A stretch of 64,000 nucleotides of DNA from Chiloscyllium plagiosum (lineage: Eukaryota), in contig NC_057751.1 of NCBI RefSeq assembly GCF_004010195.1, forward strand, positions 10,286,589 to 10,350,588. Reading direction: 5' to 3'. The position numbers were made by a program, and so were the translations under genes. This document shows, in pieces, positions 38,991 through 50,429 of the stretch (positions within the stretch are counted from its first letter, which is position 1; every line of letters starts with the position of its first letter). The notes beneath the pieces were generated by a model. That model worked only from the letters and a program-made list of their open reading frames with translations, did not search any database and had not been told where the DNA came from.

Positions 38991-40013
38991 CATGTCTGTG
39001 AAAACTGTCTTGTGTCCTCCTTTTGCCCTCCTGACTTCCCTCATTAGTGTACTCCTACAGCTCCTATACTCCTCAAGGGATTCACTTCATCCCAGCTGAA
39101 ATAACCTTGTCCTTGCCCACAGCCTGACTATCTGTAGTCATCTGGTGTTCCCTACTCCTGCCAGCCTTGCCCTTCACATGAACAGGAATATACTGAACCT
39201 GAACTCTTGTTATCTTGCTTCAAAAGCCTGCCATTTGTCAGATGTCCCTTCATCTGCAAACAGCATCACCCAATCAATTTTGGAAACTTCCTGTCTGATG
39301 CCATCAACATTGGCCTTGCCCCAATTCAGGACTTGAACTTGTGACCAGGCTTATTCTTTTCCATAACTTGTTTAAAACAACTGGAACTATGGTCAGTGGT
39401 CTCAAAGTACTCCCCCAGTCACGTGCCCTGCCTTATTTGCCAACAGGAGATCAGACTTTGCCCTTGTCTAGTCGGGTTATCTACGAGATATTGAAGGATT
39501 CTGAAGGAGAGAGTTTTCTTCACACTTAAACAATTAATTTCAATCCATGCACATAAAACTATGGCAGTCCTAATGTTGGTTTAGAAAGCTAAAAGTCCTG
39601 TTCATGATAACTCTGTTACTTTTACAGCTATCTCTGATCTACTGACATTATTGCTTCTCAGTGTTCCCATCTTATTTCTCAGTTCCATCCACATAGCTTC
39701 GCTGGATGATTCTCCCAGGCAGATCCTCTCTCAGTACTGCAGTGATGATTTTTTGCATCAAAAATGCCACTCATCCTTCTCTGCTGAACCCCCTTCTAAT
39801 GTGGAACATGGAGCTGCCAGTCCTGACCCCATCTCAGACATCAGGTGAGCCTCTTGCATTGAAACAAAAACAATTTAATTCATCAGTCTGCACACCCTTT
39901 CTGCTGTGCTCTTGTTTATTTAACTTGCTTCTGTAACAACCTCAACCTTCTCTCTTGTCTCACTGCAGCTTTGGGTCCTAACCCCTGCCAGACTAGTTTA
40001 AACCCTCCCAAAG

Positions 40014-40565
40014 TGTGATAATGCTGACCCTTTAACAATGTTAATTTGTCCTTGGGTTCTCTTTAAGGGAGGTCATAAAGGCAGAGGAACCAGTATGTCT
40101 GGGAAGGCGTAGTTTAACAAGGGCAGTGGAGTGGCTAGTTCAATTAGTTCAGATTATTTCTAGTTTGTTTTAGCAGTTAGAACTTGCTGCATTGCAAAAA
40201 AGGTTCCATGTTTAAGCAGATGATGCTTGCCTGGCTTCTCCTCGAAATCTCTCCTGGCTGTGTTTGAATTTATCTTTTGCCAAGGGGTGTGTTCATGGGG
40301 TGTTGCAGAAATTGGAACAGCTCCTAAATTAAATTTCAGTTTCAAGTCAGTTGAGTTTTCAAATAATTAAGCTTTCTAAATTTTGTTTTGTTCGTGTTTT
40401 AACTGTAGTATTTAAATAAGTTCTGTTTTGCTTAAACCCATGTGATTTGACCAGTTGCATCACATCTGGAAAATCCACTTCCCATCTGCCTTTCAAATCA
40501 GAAAAAGTTAAAGTCTCGGCTGCCTTCTCGAAATATTTTGAGGGAATCTGGCCTGGTCCATAACA
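40014..40565 (+). mobile_element. Solo LTR inserted in CR1
   Basis: TGTGAT...CATAACA termini; CCAAA near both flanks; CR1 resumes after 40565. Its 3' part resembles 47080-47397. Confidence 0.65.
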
Positions 40566-41495
40566 CCAAATAGCTCAAGCAAATCTCCTTGCCAAAATGT
40601 TGGTTCCCCCAACAATTCAGGTGCAACCCATCTGTCTTGAACAGGTCACTGCTACCCCAAAAGAGGTCCCACTGATTCCCCAAAAATCTGATTGCCTATC
40701 CCTTACACCAGATCCTCAGACACACATTCACCTGCCCATATCCTCCAATTCTTATTCTGACGAGGGTGTGGCACAGAGTGTAATTGAGACATGACAACCT
40801 GTTGTGATCCTGCGTTTTAATCTGCCTAATTCCCTGTATTCACTCTGCAGGACCTCATCTCTTTCTGTGCATATGTCATTGGTACCAATAAGGACAAGAC
40901 ATTCAGCTGTTCAGGCTTCCCTTTGAGAATTTGCTGCAACTGCTCTGAGATATCATTGACCAAGGCACCAGGGAGATTACACGTCATTCTAGAATCTTGT
41001 GGCCACAGAAACACAATCTATGCCCCTGACTGGTGAGACCCCTGTCACAATTGCTTGCTTGGACTTCACCATATCCTGCTTTACAGCATAGCCAGTCATG
41101 CTGTGAAAAGACCTAGCTGCTGCTGCTATTTACCTCTTAAGTTATCTCCCTCACCCACTCCCTCAACAGTATCCAAAACAGTATACTTGTTTGAGAGGGG
41201 TATCGCCAGAGAAAACCCCTGCACTACCTTTGATGACCATCACCCATCTACTTGTCTGTACCTGTAGTGTGTGCACCTCCAGAAAGCTACACTCTGTATA
41301 CTGCTCAGTGTGCTCTGTATGCTCCTCATTGGTTCAACATGCTGCTTTGACTGGTCTCTTCAGTTTGAGAAGAGCTACAAATAGACACACATCCTGCAGA
41401 CATCGTCTCCAGGTCAGTTAGTTGGTCTCTCAACGCCCACATCTAATAGGAGCAGCATACCACTGCTTTGGCTGCCATCTCTGCCTCTTTAACAA

Positions 41496-41696
41496 TCACA
41501 CAACACCAGGTTATAGTCCAACAGGTTTAATTGGAAGCACACTAGCTTTTGGAGCGACGCTCCTTCATCACAATCACCTGATGAAGGAGCATTGCTCCGA
41601 AAGCTAGTGTGCTTCCAATTAAACCTGTTGGACTATAACCTGGTGTTGTGTGAGTTTTAACTTTGTACACCCCAGTCCAACACCGGCATCTCCGAA
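41496..41696 (+). mobile_element. Second PLE family: palindromic mini-insertion with a TSD of about 10-12 bp
   Basis: Arms 41496-41570 and 41579-41653 are near-perfect inverted repeats. TCTTTAACAA(TC) at 41486 and TCTTTAATAA(TC) at 41697. Confidence 0.85.
41575..41609 (+). ncRNA. Minimal type I hammerhead ribozyme motif
   Basis: CAC-CUGAUGA-A-GGAGC-AUU-GCUCC-GAAA-GCUA^GUG: full core, 5-bp stem II, palindromic AGCU stem III, CUA cleavage triplet, 3-bp stem I. Confidence 0.8.
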
Positions 41697-42619
41697 TCTT
41701 TAATAATCGGCAGACTTCGGGGGAAAAATAAGGTCTTTCCTTATCCTTACCTTGTTTCTACTTACCCTCCTCAAGAAAGCCTGGTATTCACCTTAGCTCG
41801 CTCCTCTGTCTAACCACCAGCACTCGACCACAAAGCAGATCCGTGCAAAAATGATCAGAACAAGACATAGCAGTGCCTTCCTCTCCCACTTGCCTAAACT
41901 CCCATACTTAGCGAAATTGCCAGCGTTTGCACTCTTTTACGGATTCCATTCCATGGTTGGCTCAGTGACATATTGCTCAAGGAAAGTATCTTCAATGTAC
42001 TCTGAATTTATTGCCCTGCCACCATTTCTAATTTGATGAACCCAGTCAACAAGAAATTTCAAGATTTACATTGTCATTACTCTATTCTTTTTACATTGTC
42101 TGTTTATTTTTTGATTTACACTCCTCCTTCATACACTGTGGCTCCTGTCTGGGGAGTCTGTTACCACTCCTACCAATATCTTCTGTCCTCTGCTGTTTTG
42201 TCACCTCCAACCCAATGGAATCTGTCATTCGAGTCTAGCTTGTCTCTTGCTATCCCTCATTTCATCTTTTACTCACAAAGTTACCCCTCCACCTTTTCCT
42301 TCCTTCCTGAAATATCAAACATCCCTGAATGCCCAGTTCCCAATTTTGATATTGACACTATACCTCTGTAATGGCAACGACATGATACATTACCTCAGTT
42401 TGCATCGCCAGTTCATCTACCTTATTCCAAATGCCTTATGCATTGAGATACAAAGCTTTCAAGTTTGTTGTCGTTTTGGATTTCCCTACACTTTCATGAT
42501 TCCTACTTCAGTATGACATTGACACATGCTGTCCATTGCTTTTATTTTCTGGTTTCAATAAGTCTCACCACTAATCTACCCTCCTACCTCTTTTTCTGAT
42601 TCTTTTGTTGAACATTGGC

Positions 42620-43140
42620 ATTGGCTGGTCAGCATTTATTGCCCATTCCTTGTTTCCCTTGAGAGGTTGGTGGTGAACTGCTGCCTTGAACTGCTGCAGA
42701 CCATGTGCTGTAGGTAGACCCACAGTGCCATTTGGAAAGGATTTCCAGAATTTTGATCCATTGACAATGAAGGAATGACAATATATTTGCCAGCAGGATG
42801 ATTAATGGCTTGGAGGAGATCTAGCAATTGGTGGTATCCCAATGTATTTGCTGCCATTGTACTTCTGGATGAAACTCGTTAGAGATTTGGAAGATGCTAA
42901 GGATCTTTGGTTAATTTCTGCAATCCATCTTGTGCACACTGCTGCTCCCGAGTGTTGGCATTGGAGGGAGTTAACGCTCGAGCATGTGGTGTCAATCAAG
43001 TGGGCTGCTTTGTCCCAAAGTTCTCGAGTATTGTTGGAGCTGTACTCAATCTGGCAAGTGTGAAGTACTCCATTATATACCCGACTTGTGCCTTGTAGAT
43101 GGTGAGCAGGCTTTGGGAAGTCACATTTTCCAAGCAACTG
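42620..43140 (-). mobile_element. Old CR1-like LINE 3' end
   Basis: The minus strand encodes a YKAQV...EYS-like remnant and ends gggcaataaatgctg; same family as 63260-63920. Confidence 0.65.
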
Positions 43141-43998
43141 AACACCTTTCCCTGCAATTATTGATTTTAAAACCATATTTGCAGCCCTCGTTATATGATT
43201 CACCAGGTCTCTGGTTTCAGACTGATTCTCATGGAGTCCATCCCATCAGTCCATCCTTCCCCAGTTGTGGTATCAATGTCCCCTAAATTCAAAACCACCT
43301 CTTTGATCAAGTTGACCCTATGCTATTTAGAGTCATAGCCCTACAGCAAGGAAACAGGCCCTTCGGCCTAAACTGGTCCATGCTGACTAAAATGTCTGTC
43401 CATGCTAACATTTCAATGGCATATGTACCTTCCCGAAAGCCTCCTGGTCCCTGGTTCTGGAAGATTCCCTCAAATATGTTCGGACCACGGAAAGTGATTC
43501 GCGGATACGGGGGTTGCCCTGTGTATTTTATCCCTCAGAATTTTCTCAAGTAACTTAGCCACCACAGATGTTAGTCTTACTCGTCTATAGTTCCCAGGCT
43601 TTTCTTTCCAGCCCTTCTTTAATAAGAACACAACATTCGTTACCCTCCAGTCTTCTCGGATCTCACCTGTAGCCAACTACGATACAAAAATAGCAACCAC
43701 AGTCCCTGCAATATCTTCTCTAGCCTCTTGCAGTGTTCTTGGATATGGTTGCTCAGGACCAGGAGATTTATCCACCTTCATACATTCAAATGCATCCAAC
43801 ACCTCCACCACTGTGATATGGATTGACCCCAAAACATCACCAGTAACTTCCCCAAGTTCCCAAGTCTTCGTGTCTTTCTCCATGGGAAATACAGAGGAGA
43901 AATATTCATTAAGAATCTCTCCCATCTCCTGTGGTTCTCCACATACATATCTACTTTGGTCTCTTCCCAGTTGTTCTTTTTCCTTTAATATACTTACA

Positions 43999-44153
43999 AG
44001 TCCAAAGATGTGCGGGTCAGGTGAATTGGCCATGCTAAATTGCCCATAGTGTTAGGTTAAAGGGGTATGGGTGGGTTGCGCTTCGGCGGGTCGGTGTGGA
44101 CTTGTTGGGCCGTAGGGCCTGTTTCCACACTGTAAGTAATCTAATCTAATCTA
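43999..44153 (+). mobile_element. 5'-truncated HE1-type SINE
   Basis: Matches the 3' half of 35479-35806; (AATCT)n tail. Confidence 0.85.
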
Positions 44154-44949
44154 AAGTACCTCTTTGGATTCACCTTAATCTTCTCAGCCAAGGCTATCTC
44201 ATGCCCCCATTTCACACTCCTAATTTCCCTATTCAATAAATTCCTGTATACCTCCAGGGATTCCTTTCATTCCAGCTGTTTGTACCAGGGCCATGCATCT
44301 TTTTTTTTCCTGGTCAAAGCCTCAATATCTCTTGACATCCAGGGTTCCCTATTCCTGCCAACCTTGCCTTTCATCCTCGCAGGAGCATATAGACCTTGAA
44401 CTCCAGCTATCTCAGTTTTAAAAGCCTCCCACTTGCCAGAAACCCCTTTGTCTGCAAACTAACTACTCCAATCAACCCCTGCCAGCTCCTGTGTAATTCC
44501 ATCAAAATTTGCCTTGCCCCAATTTAGAACTTGAATCTGTGGACCAGTTTTGTCCCTCTCCGTAACCATTTTAAAATTAATAGAACTATGGTCACTGGTC
44601 CCAAAGTGCACCCCACTGTCACCCTCAGTCACCCGTCCTGCCCTATTTCCCAAGAGTAAGTCGAGTTTTGCCCCAACCCGAGTAGGACCCTCTTTACTAC
44701 TTGAGGAAACTTTCCTAAATGCACTTAACAAATTCCACCACACCTGAGTTTTTAATGCTGTGGCAGCCGCAGTCAATGTTAGGAAAATTAAAATCCCCTA
44801 CTCTGACAACCCTATTGCTCCTGCAAGTCTCACCAATCTCCTTGTATGTTTTTTTCCTCTGACTCCTGTTGATTATTTAGTATAAACCTAATAATGTCAG
44901 CATCACCTTCTTATTTCTTAGCTCCACCTACAAAGCCTCACTGAATGTC

Positions 44950-45185
44950 CTTCACTTATTTGTTGTGGTTCTGTTCGCCGAGCTGGGAATTTGTGTTGCA
45001 GACGTTTCGTCCCCTGTCTAGGTGACATCCTCAGTGCTTGGGAGCCTCCTGTGAAGCGCTTCTGTGATGTTTCCTCTGGCATTTATAGTGATTTGTACCT
45101 GCCGCTTCCGGTTGTCAGTTCCAGCTGTCCGCTGCAGTGGCCGGTATATTGGGTCCAGGTCGATGTGCTTATTGATTGAATCTGT
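44950..45185 (-). mobile_element. Third PLE family terminal-repeat fragment
   Basis: CpG-rich young insert within a CR1 endonuclease region; carries the hammerhead at 44998-45037. Confidence 0.7.
44998..45037 (-). ncRNA. Minimal type I hammerhead ribozyme motif
   Basis: Minus strand GCA-CUGAGGA-U-GUC(A)CCU-AGAC-AGG(G)GAC-GAAA-CGUC^UGC: stem I GCA/UGC, palindromic ACGU stem III, GUC triplet. Confidence 0.82.
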
Positions 45186-46132
45186 GAATGTGTGTCATAC
45201 CTCTAGTTATTTCATCTCTGGCTGCTGCTGTGATACTCACCTGAATGAAAAATGCAATTTCTTCTCCCCTCCTTCCACCATCTGTGTTCTGCCTAAAGCA
45301 CCTTTACCCTGGCACATTAAGCTACCAGTCTGTCCCTCCTTATAGCCATGTTTTTTTAAAGCTTTAATATCCCAGTCCCACGTACCTATCCAGGCCCTGA
45401 GTTCATCAGCTTTACCTGTCAGCCCTCTTGCATTGAAATAGATGCAATTGAATCCAACAGGCAATCATTGCTCCCTGTTGTGTTCCAGCCTGACCTGTCT
45501 CTCCAACTTAGTATTTCTGATTACTGTGTCTCCTTTAAGCCTTGCACTATCCTCCCTGATGTGGAGGATTCCCCGCCAGTCACGTTTGGAGTACTTGCAA
45601 ACCTGACTGCAAAGATGTTGGTCTTCCTCCAGTTCAGGTGCAATCCATCTGTCTTCAACAGGTCCCTCTGCCCCAGAAACGACCCTGATGATCTAAAAAT
45701 CTGAATCCCTTCCCCCTGCACCAATTCTTTAGCCATGCATTTATCTGCCATGTCCTCCTGTTCTTCCCCTCACAAGCACGTGGCACTGGAAGTAATCCGG
45801 AGATTATCATTGACGAGGTCCTGGTTTTTAAACTTGCTTCCAAGCTCTCTATAATCACTCTGCAGGACCTCATCCCTATTATGTCATTTGTGCCAATGTG
45901 CACAATAACTTCTGGCTGCTCACCCTCTGCCTTGAGAACATTCTGCAGCTGCTCTGAGATATCCTGGGCCCTGACACCCTGGAGGCAACACACCATCCTG
46001 GATTCCAGTTTGTGGTCAAGGAATCTCGTATCTGTCCCCCTAACTATCAGGTCTCCTTTCACTGAGGTCCTGTTTACCTTTACTCTTGCCTGCTGTGCCC
46101 TAATGCCACTGACTTGCTGCTTTCTCCTGAAC

Positions 46133-47078
46133 TGTCCCGGAGGTGTTCTGTGAAGCGCTGTGCGAGTAGGCATCCAGTCTCCTCAATATGCAGGAAACTG
46201 CATAGGGAGCAACAGATACAGTAAATGACATGTGGAAGTGCAGGTGAAGCTTTGATGGATGTGGAAGGCTCCTTTGGGGTCTTGGACGGAGGTGAGGGCG
46301 GGGGGCGGGGGGGAGGGGGGGGAGGTGTGGGTGCAGGTTTTGCAATTCCCGCGGTGGCAGGGGAAGGTGCTGGGAGGGGAGTGTGAGCTGTTAGGGAGTG
46401 TGGACCTGACCCGGTAGTCCCAGAGGGAACGGTCTTTACGGAAAGCGAATCGGGGTGGGACGGAAGTATCTCTCTGGTGGTGGGGTCCATTTGGAGGTAG
46501 CAGAAGTAATGGTGGGTGATGCGATGTATACGGGACACTCACACCAAGCAACCCCACCACCCCATGGCCAAACACTTCAACTACCCCTCCTACTCTGCCG
46601 AGGACATGCAGGTTCTGGGCCTCCTCCATCGTCACTTACTTATCACCCGATGCCTGGAGAAAGATCGCCTCATCTTCCACCTCAGAACCCTTCAACCCCA
46701 TGGCATCTATGTGGACTTCACCAATTTTTTCATTTCCCTTATCCCACTTCCAACCTTCCAACTCAGCATCGTCCTCATGACCTGTCCCACCTGTCAATCT
46801 TCCTTCCCACCTATCCGCTCCACCCTCCTCTCCGACCTATCACCTTTACCCCCACCTTCATCCACCTATTGCACTCTCAGCTATCTTCTTCCAGGCCCCA
46901 AGCCCCTCCCATTTATCTCTCCACCCCTGCGGCTCCCAGCCTCATGCCTGATGAAGGGCTTTGCCCCGTAATGTCAATTTTCCTGCTCTTCGGATGCTGC
47001 CTGACTTGCTGCGCTTTTCCAGCACTATTCTAATCTTGACTCTAAATTCCAGCATCTGCAGTACCCACTTTCACCTCA
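46133..47078. mobile_element. Penelope-like element 3' region with a 5' inversion (46133-46515 minus, 46516-47078 plus)
   Basis: Minus arm: FPCHRGNCKTC..YCICCSLCSFLHIEETGCLLAQRFTEHLRD (GIY-YIG). Plus arm: HPMAKHFN..DRLIFHLRTLQPHGIYVDF, then a degenerate hammerhead (cctgatgaagggctttgcccc at about 46947) and the terminal repeat. Confidence 0.85.
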
Positions 47079-47396
47079 CAGGGAGACAAGTCTATTTTAC
47101 TGAATTTGTATTTGCCAAGGGTGTGTTTCTGGGATGTTACTATATTAGAGCAGTTAATGAATGGTCGTTAATACACATTATTTTGTTGAGCACTTCAATG
47201 TAAAGATTACAGATAAGTCAATGCTTTCATTTTTATTTTGTCTGTATTTTAATTACAGTGTATGAATGAAGTGTGTTTTGATTAAAGTGAGTGATTTGAC
47301 CAATTGAATTTCATTTGAAATGTCTTGAAAGTAAGAAAATGTTATGATCTAGGCTATTGCTTAATATATTTTGAGGGTGTGTGTTCTGATCCATAA

Positions 47397-47780
47397 TGAA
47401 AGAGGCAGAGGGAGAACCATGGGTTGCAAAGAGATGGGCAGAAGCAGAGATTGAGAAAGAAGGGGACAAAAATTCTGCCCCTCTGTTTCTCAATCTCTGT
47501 TTTTGCACCTTATGTGCTCTAACTGTTTCTACACTGTTGGTGTGGCCCTTTTTGTTTTTCCATCTGTGTCTGCCCCATTGTTTCAGCCACCCCCTGTTTC
47601 ATCAATTATGTTTTTGCCCTTCTGCTTCTGCCCTTCTGTTTCTACCCTTTTCTTTCTGCCACTATTTCTTCCCTTATGTTTATCCCCTTCTGTTTTCTGA
47701 TTGTGCCCCTCTAATTCTCTGATAATGTTTCTGCCCACCTGTTTCTGCTTTGCTTCCACCTCCCTTTCCTGATGCCTTTA
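47397..47780. repeat. Degenerate purine/pyrimidine array with an inversion junction
   Basis: CAGAGATTGAGAAA (47445-47458) and TTTCTCAATCTCTG (47486-47499) form an inverted pair. The downstream part resembles the reverse complement of the 33470-34420 array. Confidence 0.6.
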
Positions 47781-48260
47781 GTTTGTTGGGATCTAACAAC
47801 ACTGACATAGCCATAGTGATTCTTGCCCAACATATAGCCCTTTTCCTAGTCTCTGTTCTTTGTGCACATGCAATACACACAGTCCTACCATCTCTGGCCA
47901 ATTCTGAGATGTGCTTCAATTCCGTGCATTTTTCAAAGAATGCCAAGATGCTTAAAATCTGAAATAAGAGGAGAAAATACAGCATCTTCTCAGCACCTCA
48001 TTCAACAGCTGTGGACAGAAACAAAGTTCATATTTCAAGTCAAGGGTGAAATTTGCACAATTATTTAAAAAAAAACAAATTTTGTTCACTGTCTTGAAAT
48101 GGTCTGTAATGATAACTATGCTATGTGCAAACTTTGACACTTATTTGTAATATTAAGACTTGAAGGTTGAAGTTAGTTCCAAAGAAAGAAATTCTTGAAT
48201 TGTTTGTTTCTTGTATGGTAAAGTAGAGAGTGTACCCAGTCGGGCAAGATTACTGGGCTG

Positions 48261-48352
48261 GAGACAAAAAAACTACGCAGATGCTGGAATCCAAGGTAGA
48301 CAAGCAGGAGGCTGAAAGAACACAGCAAGCCAGGCAGATCCAAGTGATGGAG
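48261..48352 (-). mobile_element. PLE-like mini-insertion with a 15-bp TSD
   Basis: AAGATTACTGGGCTG at 48246-48260 and 48353-48367; body gcagatgctggaatcc..cacagcaagccaggcag. Confidence 0.8.
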
Positions 48353-49289
48353 AAGATTACTGGGCTGTGCTGCCAATCACTGCAGTTGTTTGAAGTAATT
48401 AAAGCTGTTGTGTGTTCATAAATTATATGAAAACATGAACAAAACATGCAGAAGTCCCTCTCTGACTCCGACAAAGCATATAAAGATGCTTTCAGCTTTA
48501 ACCTTATACATAAAGGAGGATTGAGAGATATTGTTTTTGGTGGAATCACCTCTGATCAGAAGGCAAAATATTCATTGCTTGAGATCATGGAAAAAATGAG
48601 ATGAACATTTTTTGAGTGGAAGAAGAATCTTGCATGATAATTATTTTAATGGATAAAGTACTATTCTGTATTATGTAAATTTGTAACTGCTTATAGGGAT
48701 TTTATAGAATTGCTATTTTTACTGGAACTGATGTTTTATTGCCAGTTCTGGCATTGCAGTTTGAAGAATGGGTAACTATTATACATGTCAAGGCAATCCT
48801 ACAGATGAACACTTTCTACACAAAATGACTCTGCTGCAAATTGTTCCCACCAGCAAATTGACTTGTCGGCCTTTTGGCCTCGTCTAATACAAACAAAATA
48901 CTGTGGATGCTGGAAATCTGAACTAAAAAGTATGTATTGGAGAAATTCAGCAAGTCTGGCAGCATCTCAGGAAAGAGAAACAGTTAACTTTTCGATTCTG
49001 GTATAACTGTTCTTTGGAACTGAAAGGAGTTGAAAAGTTATATTTGCTATGCTAGTGACTGAGTGTGGAGGAGAAAGTGGAATAGCTTGGAGCAAAAGAC
49101 TGATAAGTAAAGGAGGAATAGATTGTAAAAGAGCTGTCCAAGTCAGCTATGTAAATTGGGAAATGGATCCACTATGCGGAGCTCCTCCTGAACCAACCAA
49201 CCAACCTCCTCTTAAAGTCTTTAAACAAAGTTTTCAGAGTTCACCTGAATTCCATATTTTTGAAGAACTGGAAAATCTTCAATGTGCTT

Positions 49290-50110
49290 GATCTTCACAG
49301 TCTGGCGGCTGCAAGAGAAATGCAGTGAACAAAAAGCTCACTGTGTATTTGCCTTTTCGATCTCACCAAGGCATTTGATCAAGTAAACAGAGGAAAACAA
49401 TATGTCGCTGGAGAAAATTGGCTTCCTGTCAGAGCTGCTCAATTTTCTGGCTTCTTTTCAAGACAACATGATGGGTAAGGTCAGTTCGGGAGAGATGAGG
49501 CAATGTCAGAATCCTTTGAGATCTTCAGTGGGGTCAAACAGGATTGTGTTCTGATAAGGTCTCTGTTTCATTTATTTGTTGCTGTTGTGTTTTTTCAATT
49601 CTTCTGCAAATGAAAACTGACACAAACTGTTTGACCTTGTTCACCTGAGATCTCAGACAAAGATATGTCAAGTCCTCATCAGAAAGTTGTTTAATGTTGA
49701 TGATGAAGTATGAAAATTACATCCTGCTGAATTCTGTCAGCAGCTAAGATACCTTTTTGCCTGTGAAGAATTTGTCTTGAGAAGCAGCGTCAGGAAGACC
49801 AAAGTCCTGTTCTGGGATGTTGCTCTGACTCTCGTCTATTGGCATTGACCATGCCAAGTTGGAGGTTGTTGCAAGCTTCATGTCCCCAGGCTTCACAATC
49901 ACTGGCAATCAGCCACTTGTTGCTGAAATCAATAGACTCTTCCTAAATAATGTCATTGTTCAGTCCAAACTGAGTAAGAGGGTTGGAAACACCGGTGACA
50001 TAACTGTGATCATCAATCTGCAACTCTGCCAAGTGTGGTTCTCAGTGGTTTTCTGTATACTGGTGAGATTTGGACAACATGTGCTTGGTGGGAGAAAAGG
50101 TAGGAATAGT
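49290..50110 (+). mobile_element. Old RTE-clade LINE RT fragment
   Basis: DLTKAFD (gatctcaccaaggcatttgat) and GVKQDCVL (ggggtcaaacaggattgtgttctg), matching the RTE GVKQGCVL motif. Confidence 0.65.
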
Positions 50111-50429
50111 TCTAATTTCGCGGTCTGTGGTTTCACTCAGTAAATTAAAAGATTTTGAAGTACGCTAATTCCATCAGCATACACTCTACGTTGAATCAAT
50201 AGCATTAACACTTATTTAGTCATGTTCAATGAACGAGAAAAACTCATTGTGAAACACTTAGTTTGTTTCTCCAATTCAGGATGGCACTTGTTCAGGCTAC
50301 TGTCTTCCTTTGCAGAAAATGCTGCAGACTTTCTGATGGCATAACTGACGTAATACAAGCATTGCAGAAAGACCTGACTACCACAATGCTCACTATTCTT
50401 GTGGGAAATGGATAGCTGTCATCTCAGTG

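Larger units (their letters stand above)
36965..41480 (-). mobile_element. Degenerate CR1 sequence (tail through ORF1), interrupted by a PLE, a second CR1 tail and an LTR
   Basis: PHLEYCISFWSPCYRK (37254-37580); endonuclease remnants at 39000-39900; esterase DGLHLN and LPGALVNDISEQL (40570-41014). Whether all pieces derive from one element is inferred. Confidence 0.7.
43330..46130 (-). mobile_element. CR1 (tail, RT, endonuclease, esterase ORF1) with nested SINE and PLE
   Basis: DWRVTNVV..PGNYR; KSPGP; LDLLLGN..SDH; CIYFNARGL; KGDLIVRGTD..VHIGTND..DGLHLN. Confidence 0.88.

Noticed and set aside
46940..46985. Additional functional hammerhead
   Set aside because: CUGAUGA and stem II are present, but GAAAC is mutated (cGUAAU), so it is likely inactive.
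48446..48604. Short + strand ORF MQKSLSDSDKAYKDAFSFNL...
   Set aside because: 52 aa with no family recognised and no supporting splice context.
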